Origin: Malacoraja senta
Lineage: Eukaryota
DNA length: 64,000 bases
Assembly (NCBI GenBank): GCA_038087875.1
Contig: CM075988.1
Location: 23,872,001-23,936,000, forward strand
Direction of reading: 5' to 3'
The position numbers and the translations under genes were made by a program. The notes beneath the pieces were generated by a model. That model was not told where the DNA came from. It saw only the letters and a program-made list of their open reading frames with translations, and searched no databases. Shown here piece after piece: positions 1 to 12,529 of this stretch (its first letter is position 1; every line of letters begins with the position of its first letter).

Positions 1-514
1 AGCATCTGCAGTTCCATGATGGTCCTCATGATTAGATATTTAAATCAGACTCTTTTGGTTCACTTTATATGTCAAGGGTGCCAGTTCAGGAAAGTTATAG
101 TGAAAATATAAAAAGTGAGGTATTGAGTCAAACCTGTTTCTGAACTAAAGCAACATTGCTGATGTTTCAGCAACATGTCTCTCAGGATGTGAGTGGCGAT
201 ACCCTTTAATGCCAATCTCCGAGAACTATCAATCCTCTGCACCCCATTGCAAGCATCATTTGAAAATCTTCCTTTTTATGTATTTCAACACTTCAACGAA
301 CCCCATTATTGGTTCAGGAACAAATAACAAAGCACTGAAGGAACTCAGTGGGCCAAGCACCTGCAGAGGCAAAACAATAGTCGAAGTTTGGGACTGATGC
401 ATGGACCCTGGAACAGCGCCCACTCTTTTGCCTCCACAGATGCTGCTTGGTCTGCTGAGTTCCTCCGGCAGTTTGGTTTTGCTCCAGATTCCAGCAACCG
501 CAACCTCTCGTGTG

Positions 515-650
515 GGGTGGAAGATTGCAACCATCACGTTGTCCGCCCCGTTTCAACGAATGCAATCAGCCTGGCGTACACAATCAAATAAGATCAAATA
601 GAACAAGTTGTCCTACAACTTTAGGCTGTGCACGCCATACGCAAGAAGAA
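515..650 (+). mobile_element. Short 3' end of a non-LTR retroelement ending in CACGCCATACGC(AAG)n; other copies at ~45597-45740 (-) and ~56665-56800 (-)
   Basis: Three near-identical ~135-bp copies in the window, all ending in a (GAA)n tail; clade not determined. Confidence 0.6.
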
Positions 651-2376
651 TCTCTTGTGTCTCTATTGTGGGTTCTGCTTCCAACACTGTTTCTTGCCCG
701 ACATTGATCCATAAGTATTCTCCATTTGAAGATCTCCAGCTCTGTCCTTGCTTTCTATTAGTGGATGCTCTTCATCAGTTCCCAACTTGCCAACCAGACT
801 GTGCAGGAAGGAACTGCAGATGCTGGTTCAAACCGAAGACTGACACAAAAATGCTGGAGAAACTCAGCGGGACGGGCAGCAACTTTGGAGAGAAGGAATG
901 GGTGACGTTTCAGGTCGAGACCCTTCTTCAGACTAGGAAGTCTGACTGTGGTGTTATCCCGAAGACAGATGCAAAATGCTGGAGCAACTCAGCGAGTCAG
1001 GCAGTATCTCTGCAGCCTCACTCTCTGGGCTCAGGGTGGCATGGATTAGAGTGGGAGGGATATTCAGAAAGGCAACAGCTCAAAGCCAAACGTATGTCGC
1101 AGTCAGCTGCCAATCCCTCTGAAACTGCAGTCTGTGGAAGGAACTCATCAACACACACAGAATGCACTGAGAGCAACCATTCAACAAGCAGAATGTTCTG
1201 GAAACTCTTCACTCAGTCCATGGAAAATTGGATAAATAAAACAGCCTTGTGAATTTATCCCCCAGAAGAAATGTTATTCTGTTTGGTTTCCTGACAGTGT
1301 TTGTGTCAAGAAATTGTCAGACAAATCTCTTGATTTTTTTCCTGGTTTGTCCGTTCCTAACTCTCACGGTGGGGTCTAACTCTGTGACCCTGCCAGAACC
1401 TGGTGAGCCACCTAGTGCTGCTCCTGCTACAGTGTGGATAGACACAAAGTGCTCGAGTAACTCAGCGGGGCAGGCAGCATCTCTGGAGAAAAGCAATGGG
1501 TGATGTTTCGGGTCGAGACCCTTCATCAGACTGAGGGAACAGGGAACCTTTACTGAACACACCCGCGGACGTCCACCAGCAAGTCTTCACCTCTTAAAAA
1601 TAGCGGAGTCAGGGGATATGGGGAGAAGGCAGGAACGGGGTACTGATTGGGGATGATCAGCCATGATCACATTGAATGGCGGTGCTGGCTCGAAGGGCCA
1701 AATGGCCTACTCCTGCACCTATTGTCTATTGTCTATTGTCTCACCCAAGCTCCAGGCTCAGCTCCACGCTGCAGGTTTCCCCGCTAAAAGATTCCCTCTC
1801 CCCTGAGGAAGGGTCAGTCTGAGGAAGAATCTCGACCCAAAACATCACATATTCCTTTTCTCGAGAGACTCTGATTTACTCCAGCATTTTGTGTCTGTCT
1901 CCAGGGTCAACCAACATCTGCAGTTCCTCCCTACTCATTTGTCCTACTACAGTGTAACGGACCCATGCTATCATAGGATAGGCTACACCTTAATTAGTAC
2001 AGGTGGCAGGGGTTATGGGGAGAAGGCAGGAGAATGGGGTTAGGATGGAGAGATCAATCAACCATGATTGAATGGTGGAGTAGAATCTAATGGCCTAATT
2101 CTACTCTTAGAACCTATGACCTTATGACCTCCCTTAATGCCTCTTCCCTTCCAAAACACCTTTTCCAGGTAAAGCGGCGATTGACTTGTATTTCTTCCAA
2201 GTTAGTGCACTGTATAAGCTGCTCACAACATGCTCTCCCCACTGGAGAACTCAAACACAGATCGAGCAGCCACTTTACAGACCAATGCAGTTCAGTTGCA
2301 AGTTGCCCATCACTGTAACTGAAGGGTCTCGACGCGAAACGTCACCTTTTCATTTTCTCCTGAGATGCTGCCTGAC

Positions 2377-2550
2377 AGTGTTTAAGAAGGAACTGCAGAT
2401 GCTGGAAAATCGAAGGTAGACAAAAGTGCTGGTGAAACTCAGCGGGTGCAGCAGCATCTATGGAGCGAAGGAAATAGGCAACGTTGCCTATTTCCTTCGC
2501 TCCATAGATGCTGCTGCACCCGCTGAGTTTCTCCAGCACTTTTGTCTACC
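2377..2550. mobile_element. Penelope-derived fold-back (inverted pseudo-LTR) mini-element inserted in an older pLTR copy
   Basis: Palindrome GTAGACAAAAG...CTTTTGTCTAC plus ~35-nt unpaired tail; 12-bp TSD ATGCTGCCTGAC at 2365-2376 and 2551-2562. Confidence 0.85.
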
Positions 2551-2630
2551 ATGCTGCCTGACTTGCTGAGTTACCTCAACATTTTGTGTCTATCTTTACT
2601 ATAAATCTTGAAATCACTCCATTAAACACC

Positions 2631-2664
2631 AGTCTGAAGAAGGGTCTCGACCCGAAACGTCACC
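2631..2664 (+). ncRNA. Minimal type I hammerhead ribozyme motif in a Penelope pLTR (predicted cleavage after C2661)
   Basis: CTGAAGA (2634-2640), extra A, stem II GGGTC/GACCC, GAAA (2654-2657), palindromic ACGT, then GTC triplet; activity not shown. Confidence 0.75.
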
Positions 2665-2870
2665 CATTCCTTCTCTTCAGAGATGCTGCCTGTCCCGCTG
2701 AGTTACTCCAGCATTATGTGTCTATCTTCGGATGAAGCATCTGCAGTTCCTTCCTAACCCTCCCTGACCCCTCTGTCTTTGGCTTCTCACATTGTCCCTT
2801 CAAAGTTCAATGTAAATTGAAGTAACAACATTTGACTTCCAGTGTAAATGAATTACAGTTCTTAGCTGTT

Positions 2871-3053
2871 AAAGAAGGAACTGCAGATGCTGGAAAATCG
2901 AAGGTACACAAAAATACTGGAGAAACTCAGCGGGTGCAGCAGCATCTATGGAGCGAAGGAAATAGGTAACGTTTCGGCCCGAAACGTTACCTATTTCCTT
3001 CGCTCCATAGATGCTGCTGCACCCGCTGAGTTTCTCCAGCATTTTTGTGTACC
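2871..3053. mobile_element. Penelope-derived fold-back mini-element
   Basis: Near-perfect palindrome centred on AACGTTTCGGCCCGAAACGTT; TSD TACAGTTCTTAGCTGTT at 2854-2870 and 3054-3070. Confidence 0.85.
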
Positions 3054-3603
3054 TACAGTTCTTAGCTGTTGCAAATGATTCCTCTTTCTACTTTATATTA
3101 CAATTGGCCATTTCAACCTGTAGCAGTAACTCGACATTTCTCTCTCCACAGATGCTACCTGACCTGCTGGGTATTTGCTGAATTCTCTTTCATTCTCTGT
3201 CCATGCTGCGTTCTGTATCTCACTGTCCAGGCAGATTCTCTTGTCTGTCCTCGTTCATCTCCTCCTGTCCACGGTTTCTCGAGGAAGCTGAGCTGTGATG
3301 AACAAATCAGACACTCCATAATCATTTTTATAATTCAATTTCTTTCGGGTCATCACCCTATCATAGACACCTACATTGCCCTCTCCAACTCGGGACCCCC
3401 CCCATTCCCCTCCCCCATTCCCCTCCCCCCTCCCCTCCCCCCTACCTTCACCGCCCCCCCCCCACCCTCACCGCCCCCCCTTCTCTAGATCTTGAAACAA
3501 GCCAATTTCTTAAATTTCCTAATTCTAATGAAAGGATATCAACCTGAAATGGTAACATTTAGTTTTTCTTCTCCACAGATGCTGCCTGATCTGTTGAGTA
3601 TTC

Positions 3604-4028
3604 TGTACACTCTGGAGTTTAGAAGGATGAGAGGGGATCTCATTGAGACATATAAGATTGTTAAGGGCTTCGACACTCTAGAGGCAGGAAACATGTTCCC
3701 GATGTTGGGGGAGTCCAGATCCAGGAGCCACCGTTTAAGAATAAGGAGTAAGCCATTTAGAACGGAGACGAGGAAACACTTTTTCTCACAGAGAGTGGTG
3801 AGTCTGTGGAATTCTCTGCCTCAGAGGGCGGTGGAGGCAGGTTCTCTGGATGCTTTCAAGAGAGAGCTAGATAGGGCTCTTAAAAATAGCGGGAGTCAGG
3901 GAATATGGGGAGAAGGCAGGAACGGGGTACTGATTGGGGATGATCAGTCATGATCACATTGAGTGGCGGTGCTGGCTCGAAGGGGCGAATGGCCTGTTCC
4001 TGCACCTATTGTCTATTGTCAATTGTAT
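3604..4028 (+). mobile_element. CR1 LINE 3' fragment (young subfamily, CTATTGT tail)
   Basis: Encodes the CR1 ORF2 C-terminus LYTLEFRRMRGDLIETYKI...FFSQRVVSLWNSLP; 3' UTR ends in (CTATTGT)n. Confidence 0.9.
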
Positions 4029-4406
4029 TTCCATCACTTTCTGCTTTTATTTCCTTATCATGTATCTGTACACTGTGAATGGCTCGATTGTAATCATGTG
4101 TAGTCTTTCCGCTGACTGGTTAGCACGCAACAAAAACCTCACTCTGTACCTCGGTACATGTGACAATAAACTAAACTGGACTAAACTGGATTTCCAATAT
4201 GTGCAGTTTCTGTTTTCAGTTTTATCCTGTCAACATACAACAGTGTGACTGACCCTTCTCATCCTAGACAGTGTGACCATGCTGATCTTGCACAGAATGC
4301 TTTCAGTGAGCTGAGCACAAGGGTTGACTTCGAGTTAAAGATTCATAGTGTGGGAACAGGCCCTTCAGCCCAACTTGCCCACACCGTCCAACATGTCTCA
4401 TCATCC

Positions 4407-4735
4407 AAGGTACACAAAAATGCTGGAGAAACTCAGCGGGTGCAGCAGCATCTATGGAGCGAAGGAAATAGGTAACGTTTCGGGCCGAAACCTTGTCGGG
4501 TACGTAGAACAATCCTTGTTAAATGCGTACCAGGGCCCCATCCCCGACCTCTACCTCCGCTACATCGATGATTGTTTTGGTGCCACATCCTGCACCCACA
4601 CACAACTGACTGACTTCATCCGCTTCACCACCAACTTCCATCCGGCACTCAAATACACCTGGACCATTTCCGACACTTCCCTACCATTCCTTGACCTCAC
4701 TATCTCCATCGCAGGTGATAGACTTCTTACCGACA
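4407..4735 (+). mobile_element. 5'-truncated Penelope-like element: inverted pLTR arm joined to a reverse-transcriptase fragment
   Basis: ~4495-4735 translates VGYVEQSLL...YLRYIDDCFG...FTTNFHPALKYTWTISDTSLPFLDLTISI, a Penelope-type RT YIDD region; preceded by an inverted pLTR arm. Confidence 0.85.
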
Positions 4736-5329
4736 AAATAAAATCAAGGTATGTCTCATCATCCATATCCCTCTAAACTTGTCCCACCCCCCCCCCCCCC
4801 CCCGCCAACTTCTATACTCAATGCTCTTACTGACTATAGACACAAAATGCTGGAGTAACTCAGCGGGACAGACAGCATCTTGTGCGAGATGGAATGGAGG
4901 AGGTTTCAGGTCGAGACCCTCCTTCGGGGTAAACCAACATCTACAGTTCCTTCCTAAACACACTCTGACTGACTTGCTATGACTGTGCTGCAATTTAGTG
5001 AAAAAACAAGGAATGACTTAAATTAACAAAGTGCTTTTCATGACCTTAAGCTGCCAGCATGCTTTACAGTGATGGTGGTAATTATTAGTTATTGTGGTAA
5101 TTTTGGATGCTTGGCAAAAGGGTTGGGCACACCAAGCAACAGTGTGATAATCAACAGATAATCAGGTTTTTGGTCTTGTAAATTTGCAGATAAACGTTAG
5201 TTTGGATGCAACAACACCGACATGTATTTACAGAGTTGTGATTATGCAGCAAAATACCCAAGACATTTTCGAGGGAATTTCATCAGACAAATATTTGACA
5301 CTCTTCCATTAAGGAAAATATTGGAGAGG

Positions 5330-5710
5330 GGATCTACCACAGTCGCTGCCTCAAAAAGGCTGCCAGCATCATCAAGGACCCACACCATCCTGGCCACACA
5401 CTCATCTCCCCGCTACCTTCAGGTAGACGGTACATGAGCCTGAAATCTGCAACATCCAGGTTCAGGAACAGTTACTTCCCCACAGCCATCAGACTATTAA
5501 ACTCAACTCCAACAAAACGCTGAACTTTAATAGCCTATTGCACTTTATCTGCTTATTTATGTGTGTGTATATATATATTCAATTGTATATGGACACACTG
5601 ATCTGTTCTGTATTTATTTATGCCTACAATATTCTGTTGTGCTGAAGCAAAGCAAGAATTTCATTGTCCTATCTGGGACACATGACAATAAACTCTCTTG
5701 AACTTGAACT
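5330..5710 (+). mobile_element. Rex1/Babar-type LINE 3' fragment
   Basis: Reads as KKAASIIKDPHHPGHTLISPLPSGRR...FRNSYFPTAIRLLN, the Rex1/Babar ORF2 C-terminus; 3' UTR ends GACAATAAACTCTCTTGAACTTGAACTT. Confidence 0.7.
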
Positions 5711-6784
5711 TGTTATATATCACCAACCAGCCTCTGTCCCAGCCCCACCACCTTGGACTATTTACGTTGTCAATCTTTCCTCTCCCCTCCCAGTTCTGAA
5801 CCTAAACCAGACCAGAATCAAATGAAGACAGAACAATTCATAAGTTACAGGAGCAGATTTAGGCCATTCGGCCCATCAAGTTTACTCTGCCATTCAATCA
5901 TGGCTGATGTAACTTTCCCCTCTCAACCCCATTCTCCCCATAACCCCTGACTCCCATACTAATCAGGAGTCAGTCAATCTCCACATTAAAACTATCCATT
6001 GACTTGGCCTCCACAGCCATCAGTGGCAATGAATTCCACAGATTCACCACTCATTGACCAAAGAAATTCCTCCTCATCTCCTTTCTAAAAGTATGTCCTT
6101 TTAATCTGAGGCTATGATATCTGGTCCTAGACTCTCCCACTAGTGGAAAAATAAAACATGATGTTAACAGGTGCTGAGAACATAAGGTGCAAAATTGGAA
6201 ATAACACAGACATCCTGGAGTGTTGTAGATTAGATTAGATTAGATTTTATTCTTGTCATTTGAACCTCAAAGAGGCTCAAACGAAACTCCGTTTCCACAG
6301 CCATACAAACAAAATAATTCAGTTGTATGACTGAAGGAGACGGCAAAGGGAAAACGGTGGGGGAATTAGGAGGTTAAATCTGAGGTAGTGACTTACTCAA
6401 GACCAGTGTGAGTTGACAAGCTGGGTCAAGAGAGTCAAGAGTGTTTTATTGTCATATGTCCCAGATAGAACAATGAAATTCTTACTTGCAGCAGCACAAC
6501 AGAATATGTAAGAAGGAACTGCAGATGCTGGTTTAAACAGAAGATAGACACAAAAAAGCTGGAATAACTCAGCGGGACAGGCAGCATCTCTGGAGAGAAG
6601 GAATGGGTGATGTCTGAAGATGGGCCTTGACCCAAAACGTCACCCATTCCTTCTCTCCAGAGATGCTACCTGTCCCGCTGAGTTGCTCCAGCACTTTGTG
6701 TCTATCTTCAGAATATGTGAACATAGTACACAGTAAAAAATATAATAAATGAGAAAAAAAAGTTCAATGTGTGTATCCATACTC

Positions 6785-7005
<221 letters not shown>

Positions 7006-7429
7006 CGAAAGGTTATTCTGATTCAGCTTGAGACAATTGCCAGGAATACTGATGCATTCCCGATCCGAAAAGTCACCTATCCATGTTCTCCAGAGATGGA
7101 CACAAAATGCTGGAGTAACTCAGCGGGACAGGCAGCATCTCTGAAGAGAAGGAATCTGTGACGTTTCAGGTCGAAACCTTCTCCAGAGATGCTGCCTGAC
7201 CCGCTGAGTGATTCCCGCACTTTGTGTCCTCTTGTGTTAACCAGCATCTGCAATTCCTTCTTTCTACGTACTGATGCAGTTTGTGACAAGGTGAAGGATT
7301 TTTGAATGGGAACACAGGTTAATGGCCTGGTCCTTCCAATATTTAGTTGGAGGAAGTTTAAAATGTTTATCACGGATTATTTTACATTCACCGACTTGCA
7401 TGGTGATGGCCTCGGTTTAATGTTGTAAC

Positions 7430-7810
7430 CGACGGGGGTCACCTCGCAAATGGGGCTCGTCAGCCTGGGAAGGCAGTCCATCTAGGAGAGGGAAAACTCT
7501 GATTTAAAACCCCCACTGCCTTGTGGCCGTATCCAGTCATGGAAAAGGCTCCTGGAGTAAACCTCAAGAAAATCCGGAGTCGGAGCCCCTAAGGCAGTTC
7601 GTCGTTGTCTACAACCTCGCTCTGGCAGCTCCTGCGACGGCGCTGGTGCCAAACTGTAACGGCCCTGCTGTTCCTTTGGATCGATCAGCGACGTGGAGAG
7701 TGGGGGACGTGCTGCATGGACAACAGCCTGTCCTCCATATGACATCGCCCAGGCTTGCATCCGACCAGGATGCATCACCCATGGTCAGTCATGACCAAGG
7801 GGGGCCTACT
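7430..7810 (+). mobile_element. Probable RTE-clade 5'-region-derived repeat
   Basis: Contains GGCAGTCCATCTAGGAGAGGGAAAACTCTGATTTAAAACC, resembling RTE (BovB/Expander-like) 5' regions from memory; CpG-rich relative to flanks. Confidence 0.45.
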
Positions 7811-8158
7811 CTTTTGCTAAACTGTCCAAGGTGTGTTTTATTGTCATGTGTCTCAGATAGAACAATGAAATTCTTACTTGCTGCAGCACAACAGAACATA
7901 TAAGCATAGTACACTGCAAACAATATTATAAAGAAGGGGGGAAAAGTTCAGAGTGTGTGTAATATGGACACACATACTGTGGCATTTTTTTCACGTTTTA
8001 ATTTAATTTTAATTTAAAGTTTGCATGTACCTTGTTGCGTGCTGTGACTGATGGCAGAACAATTTCCCTCCGGGGATGAATAAAGTTCTGTCGTATCGTA
8101 TTTGTGCTTTGTATTCGTATTTGTATTTGTGCTCCGAAGCCTAGACTTGCTAAGGCAG

Positions 8159-8283
8159 GTAGACAAAAGTGCTGGAGAAACTCAGCGGGTGCAGCAGCAT
8201 CTACGATGCTGCTGCACCCGCTGAGTTTCTCCAGCACTTTTGTCTACCTTCGATTTTCCAGCATCTGCAGTTCCTTCTTAAAC
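8159..8283. mobile_element. Short Penelope-derived fold-back element just upstream of the CpG island
   Basis: Palindrome centred near 8203; 14-bp TSD ACTTGCTAAGGCAG at 8145-8158 and 8284-8297. Confidence 0.85.
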
Positions 8284-8657
8284 ACTTGCTAAGGCAGTGC
8301 AGGGGAATTTCATTGAGTGAGAGGAGAATGTCTTCTCGCTGTGCCTGTGCTGAGTGTGTCTGTGCAGCCGAGTGTGAATGCCAGGCTCTGTGTGTGTGTG
8401 TGTGTGTGTGGCTACGCTCGGTTGCTGGAGTGGCCACAGCAATGCGGTGTGTGTGTGTGTGTGTTGAGCTTGTGTTGTAGTGAGCGCCGTGCCCAGTGTT
8501 GTGGGGCTGTGCTGAGCCCTGGTGCCGCTTGGAGCTGCTGTGAGAGGGAGCAGCGAGGACTCTTATTGTGACACGGCGGCTCCCTCAGCCCCCTTCCTCG
8601 CTCATCCATACTCGCTGCCGTTTGACAACAACAGACTAAGCAGCGGCGCCGAGCAGC

Positions 8658-8698
<41 letters not shown>

Positions 8699-8847
8699 AG
8701 AGAAGAGGGTGATCCAGAGCTGCCCTCGGGAAGGTTCGGGTTAAGGATTGTCCCCGGGGGGTTGGCTGAGGTCGGGGGCGGCGGGAGGAGCAGGGACGCC
8801 GCCGCCGCCGCCGCCGCCGAGTTGTGGCCGAGCCCGGGGCCCCGGTC

Positions 8848-8923
8848 ATGGGCCACGGGAGGAGGAGGAGGCCGAGGCCGCGCACAGCGAGCAACATGAG
8901 GCGGCTCGCCAGCGGCGCCCCAG
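8848..8923 (+). CDS. Candidate coding part of exon 1 of an unidentified gene (MGHGRRRRPRPRTASNMRRLASGAP, phase 1); may instead be 5' UTR or a uORF
   Basis: In-frame ATGs at 8848 and 8896 (AACATG, purine at -3) run open to donor CAG|GTACGT at 8923/8924; second possible donor CAG|GTGAGG at 8945/8946. Confidence 0.4.
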
Positions 8924-8974
8924 GTACGTGCGTGTGGTGGGACAGGTGAGGGCGGGCAGGCGGGCGGGCGGGCG

Positions 8975-9097
8975 GGCGGCAACATTGTAGCGCTGGGGCC
9001 GGGCGGCAACATTGTATCGGTGGGGACGGGCGGCAACATTGTATCGGTGGGGACGGGCGGCAACGCTGAGCCGCCGGAGCCGGCAACATTGTATCGG
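8975..9097 (+). repeat. 27-bp GC-rich minisatellite (~4.5 copies)
   Basis: GGCGGCAACATTGTATCGGTGGGGACG-type units starting at 8975, 9002, 9029, 9056 and ~9081. Confidence 0.9.
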
Positions 9098-9449
9098 CGC
9101 CGACCGCCGGCCCTCCCGTTACTTTGTTGCCGTCTTGTTAACCCTTTGTCTCCCGCCTGCCTGGATGGATGGATGGAGGGGGAGCCCCGTGTGTGTGTGA
9201 GCGGGTTGTGCCGCCGCCAGTAACGACCCCCATCCCACATCCCCATCCCCTCACCTCACGGCTACTGTTCATTTAATTAGCTATTGAAGGCAACAAAGAG
9301 ACAAAAAAAAAGATATATATATATATATAGAGAGATAATATGTACTGTGTGTAACTGGGAGCCGGGAGCGGGCCCGGCCGAGCATCATCGGTTCCCGGTC
9401 TGGGGAGAGTTAGCGGCGGATAGGAGGGAGGGAGAGGAGGGGGGGGGAA

Positions 9450-9580
9450 AGAGTGATTGACGCGGGATCAGCCAATAGGCGGCGGGTGAATGCAGTCGGG
9501 CCGCGGGGGAGGCCAATGGGAGCTGGGAGGGGGCGGGAGTTGTGGGTGGGGGGGAGGGGGCGGGAGTTGTAGTCCGGCGC
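9450..9580. promoter_or_regulatory. Second core-promoter motif cluster: CCAAT boxes, GC boxes, ZNF143/THAP11-type motif
   Basis: CCAAT at 9471 and 9513; GGGGCGGGAG twice; GGGAGTTGTAGTC (9562-9574) is the reverse complement of GACTACAACTCCC. Confidence 0.65.
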
Positions 9581-9848
9581 CCCGTCTGGGGGGGGGGGGG
9601 CTGTCCGTCTCCCTCCTCCCGTGGAGAGATGAGGGATGGATTGGGGGAGGGGGGGTGTAAATTCTCTCCCCCCAACCACACACACACCTTCCCCTGGCCA
9701 CTGGAGGAGTGGAGGTTGTGAGTCATGGGTAGGTGAGTGTTGTGAGGGCTCCCTCCCTCTCCTCACACAATCCATCCATCCATCCATCCATCCATCCACC
9801 CATGTGGTGAGTGAGGTGCAACCTCCTCCAGCTGTGCAGGTAGACTCC

Positions 9849-10048
9849 NNNNNNNNNNNNNNNNNNNNNNNNNNNNNNNNNNNNNNNNNNNNNNNNNNNN
9901 NNNNNNNNNNNNNNNNNNNNNNNNNNNNNNNNNNNNNNNNNNNNNNNNNNNNNNNNNNNNNNNNNNNNNNNNNNNNNNNNNNNNNNNNNNNNNNNNNNNN
10001 NNNNNNNNNNNNNNNNNNNNNNNNNNNNNNNNNNNNNNNNNNNNNNNN
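9849..10048. other. Assembly gap (200 N)
   Basis: Run of N of round length; true size unknown. Confidence 0.99.
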
Positions 10049-11968
10049 TTCGACATCTTTTCTTTGTAGAAATGCTGGACATTGTTGTATTTTCTCAAGT
10101 TCAGATATTAGATTTAGGGGGGTGGTGTGATTCTACTGCGATGTTGAAATAATCAAAGCATTTGATGGGGTAAACGGAGCAATTATGTTCTCTGGTGGTG
10201 GAATCCGTAATTAATACATCAGGGGCACAGAAGCCTACTGCAGGTGGTGGAATCTGGAGCAGAAAACAAACTGCTGGAGGAACACAGCAGGCCAGGACTA
10301 TTCGGAAATGAAATTGGGAAGCACTTCTTTTCACAAAAGCAATTCTGGAATTGTGTCTTCCAGAAGACTGGATGTCTGGCCCCAAAGCCCCGAATTCTCT
10401 CCCTAGTCTTTCTTGCTCTTTGCTTCCCCCTCCTCTCCCTCCCCCCCCCTCCCCCACTCTACTTACTCCTTTCTCCTCTCCCCCATCCCGTCTCTCCCTC
10501 TGATGTGTTCTATTAAGAAGCCCGTTCACTAACTAGGTGGTCACAAAATGCTGGAGTAACTCAGCGGGTCAGGCCTTTTCTCCAGAGATGCTGCCTGACC
10601 CGCTGAGTTACTCCAGTATTTTATGTCTATCTTCGGTGCAAACCAGCATCTGCAGTTCCTTCCTACACCATTCATTGAGTAAGTGTTCCTTCTGTTCTAA
10701 CATCTACTTGTAGATCCAGTGCCACGTTTTCTCGGGTAGTATTCCGACAAAAAGGCCTGGGGATATTTTACGACGTCTAAGGCTATATGTAAATACAATT
10801 TGTATTGATCGGAACCAAGTTGTAATGCTGAGTTGTTAGTTTGGAGATAGTTGGCAGTTGCTGGTAGAAATCTAAGCAAAGGCAATCAAAAGTTTTTGGA
10901 ACTTTATGGAATTAAAATGAAGTGTGTTCCATTGTTGTTGGTGTGATTATGCAGTTATTCTGCCCACAATATGTCAACTGTGCCGTAGTTTGCGAACTGT
11001 TGCTTCATTTGTGATCGCGATATAATCTCTAACTTGTGGGGAGAAACCGCGCAGTTTCTCTCCACCTCGCACCCTGCTCTGTCCCATGTGTGAATGATAT
11101 TTATTTGCTGCTCTGCAGATGTTGCGAACATGCTGTAATGTTGGTTTCATGGCAATGATTCCTCCCTGGGGTGTCCTCCTCCTGTCACATTCCACATGCC
11201 CCTTGGGTACAGTCCCCGACTGCTTCCCAAAGTCGGAACCAAGAGGATGTGCTTCATCTGTGAAGCTAACAAGCGGGTTTTGACGTTCACAAGTTCTAGC
11301 AGCATAATTAGGCCATTCGGCCCCTCAATTCTACTCCACCACTCAAATCATGGCTAGACACAAAATGCTGGAGTAACTCAGCGGGACAGGCAGCATCTCT
11401 GGAGAGAAGGAATGGGTGACGTTTCGTGGTCGAGACCCTTCTCTTCCTTCTTCGTCTGAAGGGTCTCGACCCGAAACGTCACCCATTCCTTCTCTCCAGA
11501 GATGCTGCCAGTCCCACTGAGTTACTCCAGCTTTTTGTGTCTATCTTCCATTAAACCAGCATCTGCAGTTCCTTCCTACACACTCAATCTATATTTCCCT
11601 CTCAACCCCACTCTCCTGCCATCTCACAACCCCTGACATTATTCCACTGTGAGAGGTAGACAAAAATGCTGGAGTAACTCAGGCGGGTGAGGCAGCATCT
11701 ATGGAGCGAAGGAATAGGTGACGTTTCGGGTCAAGACCCTTCTTCAGACTGAAGGTGTAATTTGTACACATGCGCCTGGAATAGACTTCTCTGAATTGGA
11801 CCAATATTCTTGCCCTAGATACCAGAATGAAGACATTTAGTAGAAACAAGGACCAGCCATTCGCCCCAGTCATTGGCCAGTATCTAGAGGCGAGTGCCCA
11901 CATGGTAATCAGTTACATTATCCCCAGCTGACTTTCCCCGACGGGAAATTGTACCTTTCCAACCCTGT

Positions 11969-12164
11969 TCAAGAAGGAACTGCAGATGGTGGAAAATCGA
12001 AGGTAGACAAAAATGCTGGAGAAACTCAGCGGGTGCAGCAGCATCTATGGAGCGAAGGAAATAGGCAACGTTTCAGGCTGAGAAGGGTTTCGGCTCAAAA
12101 CGTTGCCTATTTCTTCGCTCCATAGATGCTGCCGCACCCGCTGAGTTTCTCCAGCATTTTTGTC
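11969..12164. mobile_element. Penelope-derived fold-back element
   Basis: Palindromic arms with a degenerate hammerhead in the loop; TSD TACCTTTCCAACCCTGT at 11952-11968 and 12165-12181. Confidence 0.85.
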
Positions 12165-12251
12165 TACCTTTCCAACCCTGTCAGTAAGGATGTTTGATGT
12201 CAGTAAGAATGAATAAAGCCAATATTATAGGTATGTTTAATGCTTAATTAA

Positions 12252-12515
12252 GGGCGGCACGGTGGAGCAGCGGTAGAGTTGCTGCCTCACAGTGCCCGAG
12301 ACCCGGGATCGATCCAGACTAAGGATGCTCTCTGTAAGAGTTTGCATGTACTCCCTGTGACATGTGTGGGTTTTCTCCAGGAGCTCCGGTCTCCACTCAC
12401 ACTCCAAAGACGTACAGGTTTGCAGGTTAGTTGTCCCTAGGATTGTGTTAGTGTGCAGGTTGGCGCGGACTTGGTTGGCCGAGGGGCCTGGTTCCGTGCT
12501 GTATCTCTAAACTAA
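12252..12515 (+). mobile_element. HE1-like tRNA-derived V-SINE
   Basis: GGGCGGCACGGTGGAGCAGCGGTAGAG A-box head, B-box-like GGGATCGATCC, GTTTGCATGT...CTCCC core, CTAAACTAAA tail; related copies at ~14370-14625(-), 19080-19345(+), 28825-29285(-), 30120-30386(-), 41430-41695(+), 45358-45815(+), 49298-49603(-), 49700-50243(-). Confidence 0.85.
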
Positions 12516-12529
12516 ACCAGAGCCAACGC

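Larger units (their letters stand above)
8540..9620. promoter_or_regulatory. CpG island / main promoter region
   Basis: Very high GC and CpG density, (GCC)7 at ~8798-8819, (GA)n at ~8659-8706, free of transposon fragments unlike the rest of the window. Confidence 0.85.

Noticed and set aside
3396..3480. Pro-rich ORF end / C-run tract
   Set aside because: Low-complexity C-rich sequence; G-quadruplex potential on the minus strand but no further support
8412..9799. Long Pro/Ala/Arg-rich ORFs on both strands
   Set aside because: Stop-codon scarcity in a GC-rich island; several use non-ATG starts; no recognisable domain
9636..10130. ORFs containing X runs
   Set aside because: They span the N gap
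12252..12325. tRNA gene-like A and B boxes
   Set aside because: Head of a tRNA-derived SINE continuing into SINE core and tail; many diverged copies
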